Shown in pieces: positions 37,201 through 51,498 of a stretch of 64,000 nt of DNA. A model generated the notes under the pieces. The model saw only the letters and a program-made list of their open reading frames with translations. It was not told the DNA's origin and did no database searches. Numbering within the stretch: the stretch's first letter is position 1; each line of letters begins with the position of its first letter. A program made the translations under genes and the position numbers. Origin of the DNA: Leucoraja erinacea (lineage: Eukaryota); NCBI RefSeq assembly GCF_028641065.1, contig NC_073384.1, positions 72,044,001-72,108,000 on the forward strand, in the 5' to 3' direction.

Positions 37201-40200
37201 ATGGCATGGATTAAGGATTGGTTCAAGGGCAGAATATAGAGCAGGAATAAACAAGTTATTTTCAGTTGTGAATGGTGCTGGTGATATTGGTGGCGGGCCC
37301 CATCTGTTCACAATCTGTGTGGATGATTTGGATGAGGGGACAAAGTGTGACATGTCAAAGTTTGCTGGTAGTAAAATAGTGTGTAGCAGTGTGGTTTGTG
37401 AGGAGGATTCAGAGGGACTTTGAGAAGATATAAACAGGCCAAGTGAATGAGCAAGGACATGGTAGATGGTATATAATAAGGAAAAATGCTGGCTCATAAG
37501 GTCAGGGATAATGTTACAATGAGCTGGGATTTCGAGAAGAGCAGTCGGAGTCTCAAAAGCAAGGTTCAAAGCCGAGAAGAGAAGAAATTCCTTCAACCAG
37601 TGGGCACTGAAACTTTAAAAATTTCCATGCAAGGCAACTCAGTTACTAAATGACAGGAATTGAGAGATTTTTGGCTCTTAAGGGACTTAAGGGACGTGGA
37701 ATTAATAGAGGAAAGTTACATTAAGGTAAAATATCACATATTTGCAGAGCAATGGTGTTGTCCCAATGGCCTATTCCTACTTCTGTACCTTACACTCTAT
37801 CTATATATCATTAGGTCATTTATAAATCTATTTCTTTTGCAGACAAATGCATCATCACAGATGCCGTCTTAAGGATACTTAAAAGAAGGAAAACAAGTCT
37901 ATTATTAACTCGGTTAACATTTTTTCGTGAGTTCGTATCCCAACAGTCTACAGAAGGTATGAATTTTATTTTAGATCATACATAAATGATACAGTTAAAA
38001 ACTGTGAAGAACATCATTTAATGCATTATCATTCTGGCTGCATTTCACTAGTAATGGCGATGGGAGAGGGTTAGATACTTCACAACCATTTGTGACAAGA
38101 TAGTACATTTAATTTTTTAAACCTATAATTCTGTTTTCATTGGCTTACTTACTTAATTCATAACCAATTGATTTCACCACTTGCTAATACTGTGAATAAA
38201 AACTTCCGATGATCCCCACAAATCGGGAGGAAGCATTCTATGGCAGTCCATTTTTCAAAAGGTGATTTGCAGTAATGGTCATTTGTCATTCGAAAAGTCC
38301 ATCAGCGAATATTTCTGAGATTTTTCACAACGCACATTGTTAATATGTTTTTGTGATATGAGAGGCAGTAAGAAACACAAGATGGCAATAACAGTTGCTT
38401 CACTTTTTTGATTGTATAACTCAGCTCAAAGAAACATGGAAAAACATGGAGCAAACCATTCAGTCCTTCATGCTTGCTCCACCATTTTATATAATCTTGC
38501 CGCTCATCCACCTCAAAAGGATATAATTGCTATTGTTCCAGACCCCTTTATGCCTTTGAATCTAGAAATGGATCAATCTGCTTAAAAATACTCAGTAACT
38601 TGGCTTCCAGCCACCTGCGGTGGTAAATTACATAGGTTCATCACCATCAGAGTGAAGGAATGTTGTTCTCATCTCAGATCTAAATACTTAATTTCCTGAG
38701 ACTGTGACTCCTCATTCTAGACAACCCAGCCATGAGAAACATCCCTCATGTATCCAGTCAGGCTAGCACTGTCAGAATTTCATGAGTTTCAATCTGATTC
38801 CATCTCATTCTCCGAAACTTCAATGAACACAAATCCAGTCAACCTAATCTCTCTATTCACTTCAGTCTCGCCATTCCAGCGATTAACCTGGTGAGCTTTG
38901 GTTTACTTCCTCACTAACAGATTGATGCGTAGGTCACTCCTTTATTTGTTTAGTGAGTCTCAAGAGAAACCATTGAATCTTGAGGAAGCAACATGTTTTT
39001 GATTCATAGAGCTAAGCTTATACAACAATTTTTCAGAAAAATGTTATGAAAAATGTTATCCATTTTTCATATCTGCTTCTATGATATCAATACACCCAAA
39101 TATCAGGGTGACTACTGTGTTCAATTATCATTTGCAAACAAAACCACATTTCTACAATAATTTGGGTTTTGTCTCAACAGGACTTGTCGACAAATGCTGC
39201 ACTTTTAGGATAAGATGAACAAGATTACAAAACTGAACTACCAAAAATAATTGTCACCTTTATGCTACACCTTAAATCAAGATGTATTTTTGAATGTAAG
39301 TCTATGTCTTGGTTTGGCAGGTTACAATCAGAAAATAAGAAACTTAAAGTTCAATGATTTATCTCTGAAAAAGACTAAAGATGAAAACACACCCTAATCA
39401 TGTACTTGATTGGAAATGTTTAGATAAAGCTAATCATCATATACTTGAAAGAAAACAGCACTCAATATTATTGTGTTGTCATTTACTAGAGATGTACAAG
39501 ACTATGGTGAGTTTAGATAAGTTACCCAAGTTGCCATGAACAGAGATTTCAATTATGAGAGAGAGCAAAGATTCAGTCTGAAGAAGGGTCCCGACCCAAA
39601 ACATCGTCTGTCAATTTCTCTCCATTGATGCTGCCTGACCAACTGAGTTCCTCTAGCAGTTTGGCTTTTATTTTGCTCAAGATTCCAGCATCTACAGTTT
39701 CTGTAAATGTAAAAGGTTTTATGTGATCGGCAAAAGATATGGGTGGGGGGGGGGGAGAGGGATTACAGGGAGACTTATTTTGCAAAGGACTGGTATTATC
39801 TGGATTTTTATACTTGTATGAATAGTGAATCAGAGATTTCAAAAGGACATTGAATAGGCACAAGAAAACACATTTTGCAGGAAAGAACTCCAAGGTACAA
39901 CAACTGACACTGGCTGGATTGGAGCAGGTTTGGACTGAAGGGCCAAATGGTCTCTATCTGTTCTGTAGTAATTTTACAAATCTGTGTCAAATGCGTGCCT
40001 TTTGCAATTCTCACCCCCCCCCAAAGTATATTATTTTTACTTATCACTCTTTAAAACAAACTATTTTCAATGCTGAAAAGCAAACTTTCCAACTCTGACA
40101 TTGTTCAACATTCAACTCAATGATACCTCACAAGTCTTAAGACTTAAGTCTTAAGCCCCTTATGCTCTGTATCTGCCGAGAATAGACACAAAATGCTGGA

Positions 40201-42359
40201 GTAACCAAGCGGGTCAGGCAGCATCTCTGTAAAAAGGAATAGGTAACGTTTCGGGTCAAGACCTTTCTGAAGACTTCAGTCGGAAGAAAGGTCTCGATCC
40301 AAAATGTTACCTATACCTTTTGCCCAGTGATGCTGCCTGACTCGCTGCGTTACTCCAGAATTTTCATGAGCTCATACGTTATAGAAGCAAAATTAGGCCA
40401 TTCAGCCCATCAAGTCTACTCCACCTTGGAATCATGGCTGATGTATCTCTTCTTCTTGTTCAAGAAAGAACTGCAGATGCTGAAAAAATCGAAGGTAGAC
40501 AAAAATGCTGGAGAATCTCAGCAGGTGAGGCAGCATCTATGGAGCGAAGGAATAGGTGACGTTTCGGGTCTCGACCCGAAACGTCACCTATTCCTTCGCT
40601 CCATAGATGCTGTCTCACCCGCTGAGTTTCTCCAGCATTTTTGTCTATCTCTTCTTAATCGCATTCTCCTGCCTTATCCCCCTAGCACCCCCTGCTAATC
40701 AATGCTCATCATCTTACAGGGCAAGCATAATTGAGGTCACTAATGTTGATGGTCATTTTGTGTCGAACTTTGGTGTAAATCAGATTCCTACCCACACATT
40801 TTATCTGCCGAAAGGCCCGTGTTAGGCATTTTGCACCTAGTCTTGTTAAATGTGTGCATCAAGGTATTAAAAAGGTATGGAGAGAAGGCAGGTACAGGAT
40901 ACTTAGTTGGATGATCAGCCATGATCATATAGAATGGCGGTGCAGGCTCGAAGGGCCGAATGGCCAACTCCTGCACCTCTGTTTCTATGTTCTATGTTTC
41001 CAAAAAATCATTAACAATAAATGCTTTCTTGATTTAACAAAAGCAAATTGCTACATGAAATATGGAATGAGGAACAAATGGAATCGCTCAGGTTTTCCTA
41101 TGTACGTTCAATAAGAAGCATTTGTAAAAGGCCTATTATTATAAATTGACAACTCCTTGTATCTTTGAAGCTTCTGGAAAATGGAGCATTTGGATATTTC
41201 TTTGCATACACACTTAAATACACATAGATGACTCTGGTCTGTTGAGAGTGGGAACATCTCCACTTACCATCAGGTGATTCAACAATACCAGTGGAAAGGT
41301 TCTGATTATCCATGAAACACCTATCAAATGCAGTTTATCTCATCGTCAAAGATAGACACAAAATGCTGGAGTAACTTAGCAGGACATGCAGCATTTGAAT
41401 TGAAGGAACGGTGACGTTTCAGGTCGAGACCCTTCTTCAGAACTGTCTTGTCCCGAAAAACGTCACCATTCCAGAGATGCTGCCTGTCCTGCTGAATTAC
41501 TCCAGCATTTTGTGTCTATCCTCGGTGTAAACCAGCATCTGCAGTTCCTTCCCACACATTATCTTATCATTAGATGACTAATTGACTAGCCATAAATCCA
41601 GTGTGTGCAGAAAAAAAATTCACGGCTACAAAACTATATCAGTTGGGCACAAAGGTGGTAAATAGTGTTTAATTTGTAGATTCATCTAGGCGACTCCCCA
41701 ATGACTTATACATGCATCTCGGTGGCAGATGTCAGATCTGTTTTACGAGTGTGTAAACTCTTGGAAAGTGACCAGCTCAGATTAAGTCGGGTTCTGCAAT
41801 TGTACACCATTAAACTGGCCAGTCCTCACTTACCCTATCAACGTCTCACTTCAACTATCTGTTGTCCTCATCTGCTTCAAGAAAAACACCATCATTCCAG
41901 TCCCCACTGAAAATACAGTGACCTGTCCCAGTAGCTCTAACATCAACCATAATCAAGTGCTTTGAAAGACTGGTAACCAACCAGATTTATGACGGTCTTC
42001 CAGACAGCGGGACCCCCTGCAGTTTGCAGACTGGAAAAAGAGATCTACAGAGGATGTCATCTCTCTTGCATACATTCAGTTCTGGATCGCCTCGACAATA
42101 CGAATACATATGTCAGGATGCTATTCATCGACTACAGCTCAGCCTTAACACTGTAACACTGAATAAAATCATCCCTATATGTGTTGGATATTGGTCTTGG
42201 GGTCTCCATCTGCAACTGGCTTCAGAAACCACGGTGTCTGCCAGATCTACAACAGCAATAACATCAAGTACAGGAAGGAGATTGAGAATCTAGTGTTAAT
42301 AATCTAGTCCTTCACACCAGCGAAACACGAGTTGGTTGTTGTCCTAAAGGAGAGGGGGA

Positions 42360-43140
42360 ATAGAAACATAGAAATTAGGTGCAGGAGTAGGCCATTCGGC
42401 CCTTCGAGCCTGCACCGCCATTCAATATGATCATGGCTGAACATCCAACTCAGTATCCCGTACCTGCCTTCTCTCCATACCCCCTGATCCCCTTAGCCAC
42501 AAGGGCCACATCTAACTCCCTCTTAAATATAGCCAATGAAGTGGCCTCAACTACCCTCTGTGGCAGAGAGTTCCAGAGATTCACCACTCTCTGCGTGAAA
42601 AAAGTTCTTCTCATCTCGGTTTTAAAGGATTTCCCCCTTATCCTGAAGCTGTGACCCCTTGTCCTGGACTTCCCTAACATCGGGAACAATCTTCCTGCAT
42701 CTAGCCTGTCCAACCCCTTAAGAATTTTGTAAGTTTCTATAAGATCCCCTCACAATCTTCTAAATTCTAGAGAGTATAAACCAAGTCTATCCAGTCTTTC
42801 TTCATAAACCAGTCCTGACATCCCAGGAATCAGTCTGGTGAACCGTCTCTGCACTCCCTCTATGGCAATAATGTCCTTCCTCAGATTTGGAGACCAAAAC
42901 TGTACGCAATACTCCAGGTGTGGTCTCACCAAGACCCTGTACAACTGCAGTAGAACCTCTCTGCTCCTATACTCAAAATCCTTTTGCAATGAAAGCTAAC
43001 ATACCATTCGCTTTCTTTACTGCCTGCTGCACCTGCATGCCTACCTTCAATGACTGGTGTACCATGACACCCAGGTCTCGCTGCATCTCCCCCTTTCCCA
43101 ATCGGCCACCATTTAGATAATAGTCTGCTTTCCTGTTTTT
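42360..43140 (-). mobile_element. CR1 LINE 3' end
   Basis: RDLGVMVHQSLK...[15 protein letters not shown]...VVNLWNSLPQ, with frameshifts. Confidence 0.9.
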
Positions 43141-43312
43141 TGCCAGAATGACTCTGCTCTCATTGACACAGCTGGAAGTCCTCAGGTGTTCATATACCAG
43201 CAACTTGACCTGCTCCCTTTACACCTTCACATGGTGATTAACAAAATACATCATCGTATTTACTCTCTTAAGGACCTGAGAAGATTTGGCATGTCCATAA
43301 GAATTCACTCGA

Positions 43313-43622
43313 ACAGCACGGTGGCACAGCTGGTAGACCTGCTGCATCACAGCACCAGAGACCTGGGTTTGATCCTGATCTCCGGTGCTGTCTGTGAGAA
43401 GTTTATGTAATCCAGATGTCCACATGGGTTTCCTCCAGGTGCTCTGGTTTCAGCCAACATGAGGGTTGATAGGTTAATCGGCCTCTGAAAAAGATGTCGC
43501 TAATGTGTAGGGAGTGGATGAGAGAGTCGGATAACATAAAACTAGTGTGAATGAGTGATTGATAGTTGGTGTAGAATCGGTGGGCTGAAGGGCCCGTTTC
43601 CATGCTGTATCTCTAAACTGAA
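43313..43622 (+). mobile_element. HE1/V-SINE
   Basis: cagcacggtggcacagctggtag...ctgtatctctaaactg. Confidence 0.8.
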
Positions 43623-44368
43623 CTTCCAAAAATCCACTATGGAAAGAATTCTATCCTCAATGTTACTCCAGCACTTTCCGTTTTCCAGCATCTGCAGTTC
43701 CTCGTGTCTCCAGAATGGTAAGGGATGACTCGAGAAGAAAACTGTTTCAATCAGGAATGCTGTGTGTCTGGAAAACTCATTGCCTGAAAGATTGGTGGAA
43801 GTAGAAACGTAGCCTTCAAATTTATGGACTAAATGCTGAAAATTAGTACTCATCTCCAGTGCATTCCAGCATGGCATGAATATAAAGGACTGAACAGTGT
43901 CCTTGTGTGCCACAACGTTCTACGATTCCATGAATTACAATGGTGACAATGACTGCAAGGTCAGTAATTGCTGACAACAACGTTTAAAACAGGATTAAAA
44001 AAATGAGCCAGTAATGTTAAATATTAAATGAATGTTTTATTACATCATGTTCTCTCCTCCTACCAATCCAGTTCAGAATTGTAACAATGAGATAAGGAGA
44101 GAAATGTGGGCTGACTGCAACTCAGCTCCAAGTTCCACTTCTAGCAGCAACACAGAACATTGATCAATTATAAACTACAAGGGCCAAGGTATGTGGGCAG
44201 AATAGTAACAGTGCAGCAGTAGCGAACAAGACGGTATGATCTCAGGGACGTGGATTTCTTCTCTTCCAAAGGCAGCTGCTACAAGGTTTCACCATGAGGG
44301 AAGTCTTGGCATTGTGTAACATGATGTCTTTGTGGAAAATGAACAGACAATCAAATGAAAAATTCTTA

Positions 44369-45263
44369 TGCCCCTGTCCCACTTAGGCGATTTATTTGGT
44401 GACTACAGGCGACTAGGCTGTCGCCACGTGGTCGCGGGGTGACGCCTGTATGGTCGTGAGTAGTCTGCTCAAGTCGCCCAAAGAGTCGTAATGTTTTTCT
44501 AGTCGTCTAGAAATGTTCAAAACGTGACGCCAATGATCGTAGCTTGTTCTCTCCTGACCTAGGCGCTGTAATAGGTTGTCGCCAGGATGACGGGTGCTGA
44601 GCGGTGAATTCCATTGGCAACTACCTACGTCAACTGGCGACAGGTACCGGCGACTGAATTGTGTTACCTAGTCATAGCTTTTTCGCGAGTGGACGTAGGT
44701 TGTCGTAGGTGGATGGCCGAATGGGTCGCCGGTTGTCGGTAGCTTGCCGTAGCTTCATGTCGACTAGGTGGTAGGTTTTGTGTCCATCTTCATGACGTGT
44801 TGCATCAGGAAGGCTGGAAGTATCGTCCGAGATGCCTGCAAACCTGGGCATTCCCTTTCCTTTCTTCTACTTTCTGTGAGAAAGTGCAGGAGCTTGAAAG
44901 CGTTGACGTCCAGACTTAAGAACAGTTTCTTCCCCGCTGCTAAATGACTGCTGAACCAATCACACCCCATTCCCAGAGATGCTGCCACTCTACCTCCTTC
45001 CATTATTCCATCAATGTACTTTAATATGTTGTAGGAAGGAACTGCAGATGCTGGTTTACACTTAAGATAGACACAAAATGCTGGAGTAACTCAGCAGGAC
45101 AAGCAGCATCTCTGGAGAGAAGGAATGGGTGACGTTTCAGGTCAAGAGCTGTCTGAAGTAGGGTCTGGACCCGAAAGGTTGTTGTAGACATTGTCGTAGG
45201 TTTTTCACGGCCTGCTACGACTATGACAGTCGCCGGAAAAGTCGCCTAAGTGGGACAGGCCCA
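44369..45263. mobile_element. Harbinger-type MITE (GGCGAC/GTCGCC-rich) with nested Rex1 and Penelope-derived pieces (about 44790-45176)
   Basis: TTA|tgcccctgtcccacttaggcga...tcgcctaagtgggacaggccca|TTA. Confidence 0.8.
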
Positions 45264-46442
45264 TTAGGGACAGAAAACTAAGTAATGAAATAAGTTGTTC
45301 AACCATTTTACAAACCACAAAATAGACATCATGGGATTGTTGAGCCTATTGTCTATTGTATTTGCAAACATAATTATACCTCAACGTTACTGCAAAGTTA
45401 TTTTAGTGAGGATTAATCTCAGAACAATGCAACTCAGGTAAGATTGAGAAATTACTGCCTGCAAACTTCAAATTCTTTATTATAATTGTAAAAATTGGGC
45501 TATTCAGAAGTTTTCTGTATTACTCCGAAAAGCAGTAGTGGCCGTTTCAAACAGATTCGGACACAGTTTTTCCTGCTGTTAGAGGGCAACAGCCATCCTC
45601 TCACCAGCTTGGCTCCAGTCCTGGACACCCATCTACTTCATTCGTGATCTGTGAACAATCTTTAATTGGACTTTATCTTGCACTAAATGCTGTACTCTTT
45701 ATCTGTGCACTGCGGACTGCTTGATTGTAACCACGTATTGTCCTTCCTTTGACTGGATAGCACGCAACAAAAGCTTTTCACTGTACCTCGGTACACGTGA
45801 CAATAATAAACTAAACTGAACTAATTCAGGCACAGCTCCAACACCACTCTCCTCTGGCCAGGGTCCTTTACTCAGCCTTTAGCCAGAGAAAGGAGACTAA
45901 TCTGTAGGGGGGGGGGGGGGGGGGGGGGGGGGATATCCTTCAATGGTCCAAGCCACTTGCAAGGCATATAGCATTCTCGCACACCTACTAGTGTGTGGAG
46001 CTACCACCATGAGATTAGTTAATCTTAGCATCATAATTCACACTGGCACTGTGAGCCAAATGGCCTGTTCCTGTGCTGTTCTATGTTATATGTTATATGT
46101 TCTCTTAATTATTACTTGGTTGGTACTTGCACCACTGGTCAGGAAACTTCCAGTTATAGATGAACTGGCCTCTGTTTTTCTGGTGCTTGTGTGTGTTTCT
46201 CACTGGCACAACGGCAAGGGTTTGGAGGAATCCCACCACACGAGCGGCCTCAGGGACAGGGACTTCAAACATCAAGTTTAGGCAAAAATAGTTCCAAGGA
46301 CTTTGCATTCAAACACTGGCAGACAAATTCATACATATTCAATAGTAACGGAACATCCTCCAAAACAAAATGCATCTATAGGGCGGTCATTGTTAATGCG
46401 GTGAGAAATCAACATTTCAAGGTCAGCATGTTACAAGCAAAG

Positions 46443-46535
46443 GTACACAAAAAAGCTGGAGAAACTCAGCGGGTGCAGCAGCATCTATGTAGCGAAGGAA
46501 ATAGGTAACGTTTCGGGCCGAAACCCTTCTTCAGA
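46443..46535 (-). mobile_element. 93-bp hammerhead-bearing element (family 2) with perfect 16-bp TSD
   Basis: catgttacaagcaaag at 46427-46442 and 46536-46551; minus strand CUGAAGA-a-ggguu-uc-ggccc-GAAAC-GUU-ac. Confidence 0.85.
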
Positions 46536-47009
46536 CATGTTACAAGCAAAGCTGGCCATGCGATCCCAGTGCGATATTTGCTCTGGTATTTTATGTAATT
46601 CACATGTGTAATCGATAATGTTTTATTATTAATGTTTTATGTGTCATTCCTAACTGTCACTGTATGTCATGTTGTCACTTGCGGGCGAAGCACCAAGGCA
46701 AATTCCTTGTATGTGAATACTTGGTCAATAAACTTATTCACCCATTCATTCATGCTAAATATATGCTAAATGGATGATGTGACCACAGAACCTGCATTGA
46801 TACAACACCTCTAATATATTGTAATGATCCAAGATCCTTCACAGTCTGAAAGGTCTCAATCCGAAACATCACCCATTCCTTCTATCCAGAGATGCTGCCT
46901 GGCCCACTGAGTTACTCCAGCATTTTGTGTCTATTATCAAACAAAATCCGAAAACCAAACCATGTATTTTGTGTCTAAATGGTTGGTCAAATACACGGGA
47001 GAGGAATGG

Positions 47010-47860
47010 AATCTGAGAAAAGGAAATTCAGAGGGTGCAGTGGGATATACATCAGCTGCAGAAATGGGCAGAGAAATGACAGATGGAGTTTAATCCAAGC
47101 AAGTATGAGGTGTTCACTGTGGGACATTGAACGTAAGGGGAAAGATACAGTTAATGGCTAGACCATTAACTGCATTGATGTGCAGATGGATTTTGGAGTC
47201 CACATTTTTAGCTCTTTGAAGGTTGCAGCACAAGTAGATAGGGTGGTAAAGAATGGGTAAGGTATGCTTGCATTCATTGCTTAGAGCATTGAGTTTCAGA
47301 GTCAGGAAGTCCTGATGAAGGCCTTTGGTTAGGCCGCATTTGGAGTACTGCATGAACTTCTGGTCTCCTCATTACAGCAAAGATATGGCACAGAGGAGGT
47401 TTACCAGAATGTTGCCTGGATTAGAGGGCTTCAGGTACAGGGAGAGGCTGAATATACTTGGATTGCGTTCTCTGGAATGTCGGAAGTTTTGGGAACCATT
47501 GACAGAAGTCTATAAAATTTTGCAAGGCCTAGATAAGGTGGATAGTCAGAACCTTTCCCCCAAATGTCTATCACTACAGAGGGAATAGCTACAAAGGTGA
47601 GGAGGGGGAAGTTTAATGGAGATGTACGGGGCAGGTTTTTGTACACAGAAAGTAATAGGAGCTTAGAACAAATTGCCAGGAAGATACGATAGTGGTGTTT
47701 AGGAGGCGTTTTACGATAGGCACATGGAAATGCGGTGAATAGTGGAATATGGATCATGTGCAGGCAGATGCGATCAATTTAACCTGACATCATGTTCAAC
47801 GCAAACATTGTGGGCCAAACGGCCCTGTTCCTGCATTGTAATGTTCGATGTTCTATGAAA
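47010..47860 (+). mobile_element. Decayed CR1 LINE 3' end
   Basis: [14 protein letters not shown]...QRRFTRMLPGL. Confidence 0.8.
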
Positions 47861-48766
47861 CAGAGTTTGTGGTGGAGACTGAAGACCATGTCTCACGACT
47901 GCCAAATATCTAATTGACGAACATTTCTGTTTATTCATTTGTGGATCTCCAAGGAGCAAGAGCCAACGTAAAGACAATGGAAGGATCGGATGTGGTGAAC
48001 TTTTCCAAGATGCCTGACATATCTGGGTGTGGAAGGCCATTTTGGGATCAATGGTCAGAACTCCATAAGTTTTAAGATAGTTATGAATATGGTTAAGTCT
48101 GGACTTTGGAGGGAAAGTACGAAAGAGCCTGGAACCAGGCTGTTTGGTCCAACTAGCCAATGCTGACCAAGATGTCCCATCTAGTCCAGTCACACTTGCC
48201 CACATTTGGTCTATATTCCTCTCATTAGTTAGGTGGCAAAGGTGATTGATGAAGATAGAACAGTGAATTTTAGTAAGGCATTTGATAAAATCCCTCATTG
48301 TAGGCTGATCCTGAAGATTAAGATGCATGGGACCTGCGGTGATTTGGATGTTTACATTCAGAACTGGCTTGCCCCATTGAAAACAGAGGTAGTTTTTGAA
48401 AATCGAATTTCATTGTATTCATGTGACAATAAACTGACTTTGAAACCTTGACCTTAAAATGTTATATTCTGGCAGGAGATATGTGACGAGTGGTGTTTCG
48501 CAAGCATCTGTGCTGGAACCTCTGTTATCTAACTCCCCTGACATCAGTCTGAAGAAGGGTCTCAACCCGAAATGTCACCCATTCCTTCTTGCCAGAGATG
48601 CTGCCTGTCCCGCTGAGTTACTCCAGCATGTTGTGTCTATCTTTGATCAGCATCAGCAGTTCTTTCCTACAACTTTGTTATTTAAAATTGGTGGAGTTGC
48701 AGACCGGTGGAAAAGCTGTTAGAAGGTACAGTGGGACCTAGATCCGTTATAGATATGGCAGATTTA

Positions 48767-49271
48767 AGGGCCTGTCCCACCAGCATGCGACTGCTTGCGT
48801 TTGGCACGACCAAACGGAAGAGGAGTTTGCGCTACGTTCGCGGTAAGTACGCGCTAAACACGCGCAAAGTATGGGCTAAGTTCGCATGTGACGTAATTAC
48901 CAATCAGCTGGGCAGGAGGCGGGACTACTGAATTTGGGCGTCGCACGGCATCGGGTGGTGACGTCATCACATAACGGCACGCCGGGCGGCGACATCATCG
49001 CGCAACGCCACGCGTTAGGCGTACGCCGTCAGACGCTGCCTACAACATCAAGACGCTGCGTATGCCCTCAATGCGCGTGCGGGCCTTTGGCGCGGGGAAT
49101 TTTCGGACAGTGCGGGATTTTTGGAGCCCGCGCGATATCGGGACCAGCCCCGCACAACTCCATACGCCTCCGCGGTTCGAAGTGGGACCGGCCCCGTGCG
49201 GCCGTACGCCTCAAGCGACCACGTTTGGTCGCGCTAGACGCATGCAATTGCATGCTGGTGGGACAGGCCCT
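48767..49271. mobile_element. PIF/Harbinger-type MITE, TTA TSD, inside a CR1 remnant (about 48230-49560)
   Basis: TTA|agggcctgtcccaccagcatgc...gcatgctggtgggacaggccct|TTA; CpG-rich interior. Confidence 0.9.
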
Positions 49272-50049
49272 TTACTTTAATCTGAACAAGTGTGATGCGT
49301 TACACTTTGGGAGGTTGGATCTGAGGGAAAAGTATACATTATTTATTGGCAAGACCTTTAACAGCATTGATATAAAGAGGGGTCGTGGGGTCCAAGCCCA
49401 TAGCTCCCTGAAAGTGGCATCACAAGTAGAGTGGTAAAGAAGGTCTAAGGTACGCCTGCCTTCATCAGTCGGAGCATTGAGTATAAGAGTCATGGAGTCA
49501 TGTTGCAGCTTTATAAAACTTTGGTTAGGCTGCATTTGGAGTACTGTGTGCAGTTTAGTTTAGTTCATGATTGTCACATGTACTGAGGTACAGTGAAAAG
49601 CTTTTTTGTTGTATGCTATCTGCTCAGCAAAAAGACTTTACATGATTATAATCAAGCCGTCCACAGTGTACAGATACAGGATTAAGGGTCTAACGTTTAG
49701 TGCAAGATAAGTCCAGTAAGGTCCAATTATAGATATAATTCAGAGGTCTACAATGAGGTAGATGGGAGATCAGGATCGCTCTCTAGTTGGTGAGAGGACG
49801 CTTCAGTTGCCGGATAACAGCTGGAAAGACATTGTACCTGAATGTGGAGGTGTGCTTTTTCAAACTTCTTTACCTCTTGCCTGATAGGAGAGGGGAGAAG
49901 AGGGAGGGACTGGGGTGAGACTGGTCCTTGAATATGAAGTGTAGATGGAGTTGATGGAAGGGAGGGTGATTTTGTGTGATGGACTGGGCTGTGTCCACAA
50001 CTCTTTGCAATTTCTTGTGATCTTGGACGGAGCTGTTCCCAAACTGAAC

Positions 50050-50312
50050 ACGGAGAATGTCCGTGGCGGCTTGTACGAGTAAAAAGTAACAATTTATTTC
50101 ATCACGAGTATTTTTTTACTCGTGGACATTTTTCAGTGTTGAAAAAACGTCACGAGTTTACGGGATGTCCCGAGCACCTACCGTTTTAGCATTACGAGCC
50201 GCTATGGGACATCCACGAACTCCTACGGACCCGCTACGGACATTCTCCGAGTTCGAATCAGTGGAAAACTCGGGAGAACTCTTGAATTACCTCGTACAGT
50301 GGGACAGGCCCT
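50050..50312. mobile_element. One-ended Harbinger-type MITE
   Basis: Right end ctcgtacagtgggacaggccct|taa matches the 20657 family; left TIR not seen. Confidence 0.7.
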
Positions 50313-51283
50313 TAAGGTGAAGACTGGTCTCTGAGGTAAATATACAGTTAAACTCCACAATATATTTTGTCAAATGACTATCATGATTTTAAATGACTGT
50401 CATAAAATAACTTAGATGTTGTTTGATGAGAATGCAATAACAATAAACTTTGAATTCAAATATTATTTGTTACAAAACATTATTTTTTCAATATTTAGCT
50501 GAAGTTCAATATGTTAAAATAGAACTTCATTGTGTTTAGAGCCAGATATAGTTGTAATCATAAACTGATTCTTTTCTCCTTTGACATTTAAAGGAAATGC
50601 ATGCATTTGTTTTAACATTCTTAGCAGTCTTCAGCCCATCATTACATCTTTATAAGAGGGCAGAAAAGTGCTTGGCTCGCATTATCCCACTGGAGTATGA
50701 ATTATATATAAGTATGCAGCTTTAATACAACACTTTCATCCACTGAACACAATCTGTGATCTTGGACAACTTCAAAAGACTACGAGAATTCCACTGAAAA
50801 TTCCCCTAAAAGGACATAAATAAAACCACTTTATTTTCTTCATTAACCTCTGACTGCTGAGGTCGCTTCATGAGAACAAGATAGATGTATCCCAAATTAT
50901 ATTGGAAAAAGAGAACAAGTGGCATGAATGTCAAATTAATTTTGTTACTCTGCCAATGTCCGAGTCAATTTATTAATTCACAAGTAGCGGAATCTCACGG
51001 GCGCAGGAAATGCAATAATTGATCTGTTATCAGAGTACTTTGTCACTGGAGCTCTTACAGTGCAGAGGCCCTAATATTCATATTACGCCTCTAAAGTAAG
51101 AGGATGAAATGACCGAAGAAGCTTTGGATGAGGCCTGAGCAAAGTCCTCTATTATCAAATGATTTATCACTACTACAAAATCCATGAATAATGGGCAGAT
51201 TGAGGGTGTTAGAAAGGTACTGAAAGTGCTTCAGGGTACAAAGATCAGATGGAAGGAACAAGCACTGAGAGGAGAAAAGGTTA

Positions 51284-51498
51284 AGGGCCTGTCCCACTTT
51301 CATGACCTTTTTTACTCATGGGCATTTTTCATCATGTTGAAAAAACGCCCCGACCTACTTGATGCCACGAGTACATACGACTAGCATCACAACCTGCTAT
51401 GACCTACCTACGACCTCGTGACGACCATGCTGCGAGCATGAGCCAAGGGCAAACTCGGCAGAGGTCGTGAATTAGGTTGTGAAAGTGGGACAGGCCCT
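51284..51498. mobile_element. PIF/Harbinger-type MITE, TTA TSD
   Basis: TTA|agggcctgtcccacttt...aaagtgggacaggccct|TTA. Confidence 0.9.

Noticed and set aside
45906-45933. Long G homopolymer
   Set aside because: Simple repeat of uncertain length with no further structure.
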